Assembly (NCBI GenBank): GCA_049584475.1
Contig: JBAUXX010000004.1
Coordinates: 5,218 to 69,217 of the forward strand
Length of the DNA: 64,000 bases
Origin: Candidatus Sulfotelmatobacter sp.
GTDB lineage: Bacteria > Acidobacteriota > Terriglobia > Terriglobales > Acidobacteriaceae
Direction: 5' to 3'
A program made the position numbers and the translations under genes. Below the pieces are notes generated by a model that saw only the letters and a list, made by a program, of their open reading frames with translations, did no database searches and was not told the DNA's origin. Shown in pieces: positions 9,501 to 17,191 of this stretch. Positions within the stretch are counted from its first letter, which is position 1; each line of letters starts with the position of its first letter.

Positions 9501-11196
9501 CCACGATCATCTCAAGCCCGCGCTCCACGCAAATGGCCACCCGCGCGTCCGGCTTCACCCCCCGTAGTCTGAAGTAGTGTGCCAGCCGGTTGGCTCTGGA
9601 GTTCAGCTCCGCGTAGCTCAGCGAATCGTCATCGAAAACCACGGCGACCGCATCGGGACTTCTGGCCGCCTGCTCTTCAAACAACTCATGCACGCATTTC
9701 CCACTTGGATATTCCGACTTGGTGTCGTTCCACTCGTAAACCACTCGATGGCGCTCGGCAGCACTGAGTATAGGCAGACGGTCGACTACCTCGGCGTCGT
9801 TGGCTACCATCGCTTCCAGCAGCGTGCGAAAGTATCCCAGATAGCGTTCGACCGTCGATCGCTCAAACAGCGACGTGGCGTACTCCAACCCGCCAACAAT
9901 CTCTCCAGCTTCCTCCTGTAAGTAAAGCGTCAGGTCAAACATCGCAGTGGTGTGGGGCAATCCCCGAAAGTGGTCTTGTGTCAACCCGGGTGCAAGTGTC
10001 GACGCGGTGCTCCTCGGATAGTTCAACCATGAGAACATCACCTGGAAGAGTGGACTGGAAGCCAGACTGCGCACCGGCTGCATTCTTTCCACGACCTGCT
10101 CGAAGGGGATGTCCTGATTCCGCTGCGCGGCCAACACTTGCGCCTTCACTCGCCCGAGCAAGTCGCCGACCGTGGGCGAGCCCGAAAGATCCAGACGCAG
10201 CACAAGGGTGTTGACGAAACATCCAATCAGTCCCTCGATCTCGGTGTATCCGCGATTGGCCACTGGCGTACCTGTGATCACATCCTGCCCGCCCGACAAT
10301 CGCCCCAGCAGAGCGACCCAGCCCGCCAGCAAGGTCATAAAGAGGGTGGTGCGATGGCGTCTACTCAGCTCTTTCAGCCCGGCCGTCAGCTCCGCATCAA
10401 AGATCAGTTCGTGAAATGCGCCGTCAAAGTTCTGCTGAGCCTGACGAGCATGATCCTTGGGAAGCTCGAGCAACCCCGGGGCTCCGGTCAGGGTGTTTAT
10501 CCAATAATCGGCCTGTCGCCGTAGAATATCGCCCTGTATCCACTTTCTCTGCCACTCGGCATAGTCGGCGTATTGCAGGCCCAGCTTCGGCGGGGGGTCG
10601 GGTTCGTTTCGCAAGCACGCCCCGTAGAACACGGTGAGTTCTTTCTGTAATATCCCCGCTGACCATCCGTCGGAAACGATGTGGTGCATCGTGATCAGGA
10701 GTAGGTGTTCATCTTCCGACCACCGGATGAGCCGGCCACGGATGAGCGGACCAAATTTGAGATCGAAAGATGTGCTGGCCTCCTCCGCAACGAGACGATC
10801 GAGTTCGACCTGCGCATTCCCATGTTGGCGTAAATCATACTCAGCCAAATGAAAACATCTGTCTCCGACAGAAGCAATCTGCGGAACAGCTTCCCCGTCG
10901 ATCTGCGTGAACGTCGTCCGCAGCGCTTCATGCCGTTCTATCACCCGATCCAGTGCTCGGCGAAGAGTTATGCGGTTGAGATCGCCCCGCAGGCGGAGGT
11001 AGAGCGGGATGTGATGAGCCCTGCTGCCGCCTTCTATCTGCGCCAGAAACCACAGGCGCTGCTGGGCAAAGGACAGAACAAGCCGCCCATTTCGTTCCCC
11101 GCGCGCAGGTGGCGGAAGTTCAGTGGGAACCACATTCGCAACGCCCCGTTGGGAATCGACTGACACCTCGGGCAGGATGCGATTCATCATGATCAC
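6508..11196 (-). CDS. Non-ribosomal peptide synthetase, single module, domain order C-A-T-C
   Basis: 1562 aa. C1 approx res 38-480 (nt 9757-11085; HHIVSDGWS). A approx res 500-1000 (nt 8197-9699; [55 protein letters not shown]). T approx res 1012-1085 (nt 7942-8163; FFELGGHSL). C2 approx res 1103-1545 (nt 6562-7890; HHIVSDAWS). No TE or R domain. Confidence 0.95.
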   Translation of the reverse strand: [1562 protein letters not shown]

Positions 11197-11281
11197 AGAA
11201 ACTCATTGCACGCCGTCGGGGTTGAGTATACACTCCGCCTCAGCCGAGAGATAGAACTGGAAGCTCGGGCCAGGATCTATC

Positions 11282-12931
11282 TTGGGCCACACTCCTCTAA
11301 GAATCGCGGTCCTTTCCAATTTCGTAGCACTCGAGATCAGAGATGCTTTCGATGTGTGGTTCAAGACTTTGGAAATAGATCCCGTTGTTACCTTCAGCCC
11401 CTGCGACTTAGTAATTCAGCAGCTTCTCGATCCTAATGACGATTGCACTCATTGCGATCTTGCCGTCATTTTGCTTCAGATCGAACGTTGGTGCACGCGG
11501 TCAAAAAGTGCGCCTCACGAACTTGCTCTCAAAAACATTGAAAGCTTTGTAAGTGCCGCCAGACACGCGGCCCTGAATTACCCAGCTCGCATGCTACTGG
11601 TTATATGTTGCCCCATCTCGACTAAGAACCATGCGAACCCGAATGCACTTCTGTTAGAGGATCAATTGCGGGATAGCTTCCGGGATATCGCTAACCTCGA
11701 TTTTATGGGGACTAGTGACCGTGACTCATATTATCCCGCGGCGGATAACAGCGCGTATTTCCTGGAGGGTGCTTTCGCGGATGACGATCCCCTTTCGGAG
11801 ACTTTGCCCTACAGCCAGCTATGTTTCGCGACTTTAGGGACGATGGTTGCTCGTTGTATTCACAAACGATTCAAAGAGTCTCGCAAAGTTATCGTCGTGG
11901 ATTGCGATAACACTCTATGGTCGGGAATTTGTGGAGAGGCAGACAGTGAAACGCTGAACATTGGCGGAGGTAACCTTATGTTGCAGGAAATCCTGGTTCG
12001 CCAATCGAAGCGCGGGCAACTGGTGTGCCTGTGCAGCAAGAACGACGAATCCGATGTCTTTGCCGCGTTTGACCGGCAACCGGGCATGGTGCTCAAACGC
12101 GAGAACCTTACCTCGCACAGAATCAATTGGCAGCCTAAGACGGACAATCTCCGGTCTTTGTCGGAAGAACTGCGGCTGGGATTGGATGACTTCATTTTCA
12201 TTGACGACGACCGCTTTGAATGTGAATCGGTTCGAGCCTTATGTCCAACCGTTCGTACCATTCAAGTACCTCACGATCAGGATGAATTCTCCCGGCTCCT
12301 TTTGCAGATTTGGGATTTCGATAAAGCCCCAGTCACCGAAGAAGACACAAAGCGAGCCCTGTACTATCGTCAAAATGCTGAGCGCGATCGCGCGTTGGGG
12401 ATGTCGCCGACGCTCGTCGATTTCCTCGCAAGCTTGGACCTGAAGGTTGAGATTCTTCCACTCACTGTCGCGGATGCAGCGCGCGTCTCGCAACTTTTGC
12501 GCCGAGTGAACCAATTCAACCTGAACGGAATTCAACGGTCCGTAAGCGAACTTATCGGCCTGATCGGGGAAACGCCCTGCTACACCATACGCGCCGCGGA
12601 TCGTTTCGGCGACTATGGCCTGGTGGGAGTTGTCGTCTATCGCAGATGGGACCACGCTTTGCATGTAGAAACATTGGCTCTTAGCTGTCGATCCCTCGGT
12701 CGTGGAGTGGAAGGCCATTTGAAGGCTCACTTCGCGGAGACCGCCCGTTCCTTGAAAAGCACAGGCCTTTCGTTCGAGATGCGAACTACGACGAAAAATG
12801 GACCCCTACGCACGTTCCTCACCCAATTGGGGTGTGAGGATAATGGGCAAGGTCAGTACGTAGTCACCGCTGACACACTGGCCTTGCCAGGGAACCACAG
12901 CAACTGGCCTCAGGAGCAGGCGCTGGCGTGA
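11282..12931 (+). CDS. FkbH-like HAD-IIIC family protein (glyceryl-carrier-protein loading enzyme type)
   Basis: 549 aa. N-terminal LRIAVLSNFVALEI...DLVIQQLLDPN region. HAD motifs VIVVDCDNTLWSG (DxDxT), LCSKND and FIFIDDD. C-terminal GNAT-like half with LSCRSLGRGVE (conserved Cys). The track uses a TTG start. Confidence 0.8.
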   Translation: MGHTPLRIAVLSNFVALEIRDAFDVWFKTLEIDPVVTFSPCDLVIQQLLDPNDDCTHCDLAVILLQIERWCTRSKSAPHELALKNIESFVSAARHAALNYPARMLLVICCPISTKNHANPNALLLEDQLRDSFRDIANLDFMGTSDRDSYYPAADNSAYFLEGAFADDDPLSETLPYSQLCFATLGTMVARCIHKRFKESRKVIVVDCDNTLWSGICGEADSETLNIGGGNLMLQEILVRQSKRGQLVCLCSKNDESDVFAAFDRQPGMVLKRENLTSHRINWQPKTDNLRSLSEELRLGLDDFIFIDDDRFECESVRALCPTVRTIQVPHDQDEFSRLLLQIWDFDKAPVTEEDTKRALYYRQNAERDRALGMSPTLVDFLASLDLKVEILPLTVADAARVSQLLRRVNQFNLNGIQRSVSELIGLIGETPCYTIRAADRFGDYGLVGVVVYRRWDHALHVETLALSCRSLGRGVEGHLKAHFAETARSLKSTGLSFEMRTTTKNGPLRTFLTQLGCEDNGQGQYVVTADTLALPGNHSNWPQEQALA

Positions 12932-12992
12932 GATTAGACGCCATTGCACCTGCGACAGACTCTGAAATGACGAACAGATAGGAGAGTATCGA

Positions 12993-13322
12993 ATGGACAC
13001 GTTCTCCGACAGTCCTGCTCAGGTTCTATCTAGAATTCGCTCTGAACGAAAACCCCGACCTGAGATCGGAGAGTACACAGCTCCCGCGGATGAATTGGAA
13101 TACGCCGTGTCCGAGATCTGGTCCGAGGTCTTGAGAATCGATCCCATTGGACGCGAAGATAACATTTTCGACTTCGGTGGGGATTCTCTCCATATGGCTC
13201 AAATCGCAGCCCGAATTTGGACGCGTTTCCACGTCCGGATTTCAATCGATACCTTCTTCGAAAATCTGACCATGGCGTCGATAGCTGGTGTTGTGCGAAA
13301 TTCCAGCCAGATCGAATCCTGA
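12993..13322 (+). CDS. Free-standing peptidyl carrier protein
   Basis: 109 aa. Phosphopantetheine attachment motif IFDFGGDSLHMAQI in a roughly 80-aa four-helix-sized frame. Lies directly downstream of the FkbH-like gene. Confidence 0.8.
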   Translation: MDTFSDSPAQVLSRIRSERKPRPEIGEYTAPADELEYAVSEIWSEVLRIDPIGREDNIFDFGGDSLHMAQIAARIWTRFHVRISIDTFFENLTMASIAGVVRNSSQIES

Positions 13323-13395
13323 CTGGGCCAGCGTTGCATCGGAAACAAGTTCTGCGGCGTGCCTGAGCATTATATGCAGTGCCTGGTGACTCTCA

Positions 13396-14925
13396 GTGCA
13401 GAGACTTCGAAGTAAAGACGCCGCTCAGTCATCGGTGACTTCGATCGTCATCCCAACCTGCGACCGGCCGGCGGCTCTCCGCCGCTGTGTGTCCACGCTG
13501 CTTTCCAATCTGGCACGCTATGGCCGTAGCCCGAGAATACTGATTGCCGATGGGTCTGTCACCCGCGATTCTCCAGTTGACAATCAGGATGTGGCTGCGA
13601 GTTTCAAGGGGAAATACTCAGCCAGTGTTGCGTTGATCGGCCACGAGGAGAGAGGGCATCTTATTAGTGAGTTAGTATCGGCCGGTCTGGAAGAGGGCGT
13701 GGTGCAGTTTGCCCTGGGTGGGGTACCGGATCTGAGCATTGGCTGCTTCGGGGCGAATCGCAACTTTCTTCTCCTCATGACCTCCGGGGAGGAATTTGTG
13801 AGTGTGGATGACGACACGGAGCCGTCGTTCGCATCAGCCAGTGAGTTCCAGCGTAGTTCGGCGGCCGAAGACAGTGTGAAACATGTGGACTTGGGTCCAT
13901 TCATGCAGGTACGGGCTTATCGCGACCGTGAGTTTCTTCAAGAGTCTGTGAAATTCGGTCAACTGGATTTCATAGGAGCTTACGAGTCTATCCTGGGCGC
14001 CAGAGTTTCCGAATTCTGTCCTCCCTTTGGCGAACGCGCTATCGTGGCCGGTACTGCGGACTCGCCGGCTGAGTCCGGCCGAGTCGTACTCACCCTTAGC
14101 GGCCTCGCGGGCGACTGCGGTTGGGGCACCCCCTCGCAATATCTATTTCTGAGCAAAGAATCATTAGAAGAACTAACCAGCTCAAATGAAGTGTACCTGG
14201 AAAGTATAACTTCGCGGGACTTAGTGCAACTCGCCACCACCGTAACTCTCTCTCAACGGACGGATTACCTGATGGCCACCGCCTTCGCAGCAGATAACCG
14301 AACCATGCTGCCGCCATTCATTCCTGTGGGAAGGGGAGAAGATAGTGTGTTCGGACGTGTAGTGCAAAATACGCAGCAAGACGTCTGGTTCGGGCATCTG
14401 CCACATGCGATTTTCCACGGGCCGGTTGGCCGACGTCGCTTTGCGCGCGGAGAGATCATTCGCAGCGCGGCTACAACCGACCTGTCATCTTTGATGTGCG
14501 CCATGGTGGAACAGTTCCCAGCACGGGGACGCGATGTGGCTGCTTCTCTCCGGGAATTAGGAAGGTCGCTAAGTGCTTTCGGTGGCATGTCAATTAAAGC
14601 ATTCCAGGAGTGCATCCGAGCATGCCGGACAAGACTAAGTCAATCTCGCCTGGCGTTTTTGGAAGCTCGATTGGGATCGGCAGGGGGACTGGCGCCATCG
14701 TATGTCGCCGATCTCACGACTTATATCGGGCGACTTCGGGAGGGTGATAAGCGTGAGGAAGCTGGAATCCCCATGGAGATCCTGTATGGTCGTGAGATAG
14801 ACGATGCACTTTACTGGACCCGCAAGGTGATTGCAACGTATGGAGAACTGCTCTCCGTTTGGCCCGACATCGTCGACCTGGCGCAAGCCTACTCAACCAG
14901 GCTGTTGGAAGACTCGCGCGTGTAA
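13396..14925 (+). CDS. GT-A-fold glycosyltransferase-like protein, family unassigned
   Basis: 509 aa, GTG start. N-terminus VTSIVIPTCDRPAALRRCVSTLL (GT2-like beta1), GANRNFLLL, DXD-type VSVDDDTE, downstream PVGRGEDSVFG and HLPHAIFH. The C-terminal roughly 200 aa show no motif I recognise. Confidence 0.45.
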   Translation: MQRLRSKDAAQSSVTSIVIPTCDRPAALRRCVSTLLSNLARYGRSPRILIADGSVTRDSPVDNQDVAASFKGKYSASVALIGHEERGHLISELVSAGLEEGVVQFALGGVPDLSIGCFGANRNFLLLMTSGEEFVSVDDDTEPSFASASEFQRSSAAEDSVKHVDLGPFMQVRAYRDREFLQESVKFGQLDFIGAYESILGARVSEFCPPFGERAIVAGTADSPAESGRVVLTLSGLAGDCGWGTPSQYLFLSKESLEELTSSNEVYLESITSRDLVQLATTVTLSQRTDYLMATAFAADNRTMLPPFIPVGRGEDSVFGRVVQNTQQDVWFGHLPHAIFHGPVGRRRFARGEIIRSAATTDLSSLMCAMVEQFPARGRDVAASLRELGRSLSAFGGMSIKAFQECIRACRTRLSQSRLAFLEARLGSAGGLAPSYVADLTTYIGRLREGDKREEAGIPMEILYGREIDDALYWTRKVIATYGELLSVWPDIVDLAQAYSTRLLEDSRV

Positions 14926-14971
14926 CGGTAGGTATCCTGACTCAGATGAGGATGAACGGTAGAGTTCCGCG

Positions 14972-15970
14972 GTGTTCAAGGAATTCCTGATGATAAGCGT
15001 CATCGTTAGCACATTCGACCAGCCGGATGCTCTGGCCGCCCTGATGGCAGGCCTGTCCTGCCAGACTACCTCGGAACCGTTCGAGGTAATCGTCTGTGAC
15101 GACGGCTCCAAATCCGACACAGCGGAAGTTGTACGGCACTGGGCGGCAAAGGGGCGGCTCGATGTCAGGCTGGTCTGGCAACCGGATATTGGCTGCCGTG
15201 TCAGTCGCTCAAGGAATAATGGAATTCGTATGGCCCGGGGAGACCTATTGGTGTTTCTCGATGGGGACCTTCTTGTGAGGCCCGACTTGCTTGCCAGTCA
15301 TATTGACCAACATACGCTTGGACAGCACAGGGTGGTGTGCGGCTCGCGGCGTTCCGGTGAATTCCGATCTCCGGATCGCCTGAGCGAAATCCTGAACTCA
15401 CAGGAGAAGCCACAAGTTGTTCTCCACCGACTTTGGGAAGAATGCCATGTCTTGGATCTGCCCACCGACACCGAGGTTCGCAGGGGCTGGCTCAAGACGT
15501 CATCCAAGTGGATGGCAATGGTGAGCTGCAACTTTAGCGTGCCCAAAACCTCGGAGATATGGTTTGACGAGTGCTTCGTTGGCTGGGGCTACGAAGACAC
15601 CGAGCTAGCCTTTCGCCTAATCTGCATTCATGGGTATGAAGTCATCTATGCGCCCATGACTGAATCCCTCCATCTGTTCATCGGCGGCGCGATACCCTCG
15701 GCCAATCCGCTCTTTATAAACGCGAGGCAGAATGTCTCGCCGGTGATTCGCAACCTGATGTATTTTCTCTCGCTGTATCCGGATTACGATCTTCGCCCCG
15801 CGTTGTTCTTTTTCAACCGATGCGAACTCGACCGTGCTACCGATGAGTGGTACACGCTGACGGAGCCGCGCGGCGTGCTCGTCGAAGAGGCCCTCGCCGC
15901 CGCGCGGGGATGGCAGCAACGCCACTCTCAACGGGAGCAGACCTCGGAAGTTTTACAGGCGAAGATATGA
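14972..15970 (+). CDS. Family 2 glycosyltransferase
   Basis: 332 aa. ISVIVSTFDQPDALAALMAGLSCQT, EVIVCDDGS, RNNGIRMARGDLLVFLDGDLLV (DXD) and VGWGYEDTELAFRL (GWGxED motif of the galactosyltransferase-like C-terminal region). GTG at 14972, or ATG at 14990. Confidence 0.75.
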   Translation: MFKEFLMISVIVSTFDQPDALAALMAGLSCQTTSEPFEVIVCDDGSKSDTAEVVRHWAAKGRLDVRLVWQPDIGCRVSRSRNNGIRMARGDLLVFLDGDLLVRPDLLASHIDQHTLGQHRVVCGSRRSGEFRSPDRLSEILNSQEKPQVVLHRLWEECHVLDLPTDTEVRRGWLKTSSKWMAMVSCNFSVPKTSEIWFDECFVGWGYEDTELAFRLICIHGYEVIYAPMTESLHLFIGGAIPSANPLFINARQNVSPVIRNLMYFLSLYPDYDLRPALFFFNRCELDRATDEWYTLTEPRGVLVEEALAAARGWQQRHSQREQTSEVLQAKI

Positions 15971-16149
15971 CTGAGTAGTGAGCGTTTCTCGCATTGCGAC
16001 GACAGGGCGATGGACAGCGCTACTTCACTCAGCAACCGTGACTCGACCGCAACCCCTCCCCTTTGCCAACTTCGCGGAATCCGCTTCTGCATCCTTTGTC
16101 GGGGGTTCGTCCGAGGCTGCGACGTATCGATACTTGGAGTCAGCATCAT

Positions 16150-16608
16150 TCAGCGCAAACCCGTTTTCATTTCGCTAGTCGGCTTGAGTGTGCCAAGGCG
16201 ACGGCGCAGCAAGTAGTAACCGGTCCAGCACACAATCGCCAGCACGGCAAAGGATCCGAACTGAGCTGGAAAATCACGCATCAGGAAATGGAAACTCTTG
16301 ATGCGACCGCCTTGGAAGGAAATTTCGCTAGTGAGTGCGATGGCGGTGAAGGTGATCCCCAAGCCGAAGAGCCACTTCTGCCAGCCGATCAGCGCGCGCG
16401 TGCGACGAAGCGATCGTAATTCAAGATCGGGGGGAAGCGCGGAGGGCGTGATTTTTCCAAGGTTGTCCGCCCACTGCACGCGTATGCGCTGCGCCAACTC
16501 AGGATCCTGCTCCATGTATTCTTCGACAAGCGCACGCGTGGCCGGGCTGGCCTCGCCCGCAAGATAGAGCGGCAGGACATCGAGGATCACTTCCCGCGTA
16601 ACGTTCAT
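16150..16608 (-). CDS. Putative membrane anti-sigma factor (ZAS-like fold without zinc ligands)
   Basis: 152 aa, 38 nt downstream of the ECF sigma gene. The N-terminus EVILDVLPLYLAGEASPATRALVEEYMEQDPELAQRI matches the anti-sigma N-terminal helix pattern. Where the HxxxCxxC motif is expected it reads Y...D..L. Two predicted TM segments. Confidence 0.55.
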   Translation of the reverse strand: MNVTREVILDVLPLYLAGEASPATRALVEEYMEQDPELAQRIRVQWADNLGKITPSALPPDLELRSLRRTRALIGWQKWLFGLGITFTAIALTSEISFQGGRIKSFHFLMRDFPAQFGSFAVLAIVCWTGYYLLRRRLGTLKPTSEMKTGLR

Positions 16609-16646
16609 TTCCCACCTCCTTCAATCACATTCATAAATCTCTCCGG

Positions 16647-17120
16647 CTAAGCATTTCGTATCCCAGCCAGCGCGAGACGAGCCCGGTGGATTTTCACTTT
16701 CACCGCCGCGAGAGAAATGTCCAGTACCCGGGCAATCTCCTCGTACGGCATTCCGTCCACCGCGTGCATGAGCAGCGCAACTCGGCTGGCTTCCGGCATT
16801 CTTTGGAGTTCGTCAAGCACGGAATCTAATTTTTCATTCTGCGCGGCTCGCACGTAGGGGCTGGCCTGCCGATCGCACAGGTCATCGTCGAGCGGAACCT
16901 GGCGCGACTTTTTCCGCAGTCCTTGCAGAAACAGGTTTCGCGCAATGGTAAAGAGGTAGCCCTTAACCGTCGCCATCTCGATCGGCTCGGGCGAAGTCCA
17001 TGCGCGCACGAAGGTCTCGGAGGTTATGTCTTCGGCTTCTCCGCGGTTGTTGGACAAGTACAGCGCGAATCGGTACACATCCGGCGCATACTTTCTGTAG
17101 AGCGAGCTGAAGTCGGTCAT
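16647..17120 (-). CDS. ECF-type RNA polymerase sigma-70 family factor
   Basis: 157 aa. Region 2 (DITSETFVRAWT, YLFTIARNLFLQGLRK) and region 4 HTH (MPYEEIARVLDISLAAVKVKIHRAR). Confidence 0.9.
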   Translation of the reverse strand: MTDFSSLYRKYAPDVYRFALYLSNNRGEAEDITSETFVRAWTSPEPIEMATVKGYLFTIARNLFLQGLRKKSRQVPLDDDLCDRQASPYVRAAQNEKLDSVLDELQRMPEASRVALLMHAVDGMPYEEIARVLDISLAAVKVKIHRARLALAGIRNA

Positions 17121-17191
17121 TCGGCCGTCTCACCGGAACTACCCATATCGCCCAGACTGTTATATCAGTGGGGCCGCATACTAAAGCGTCG

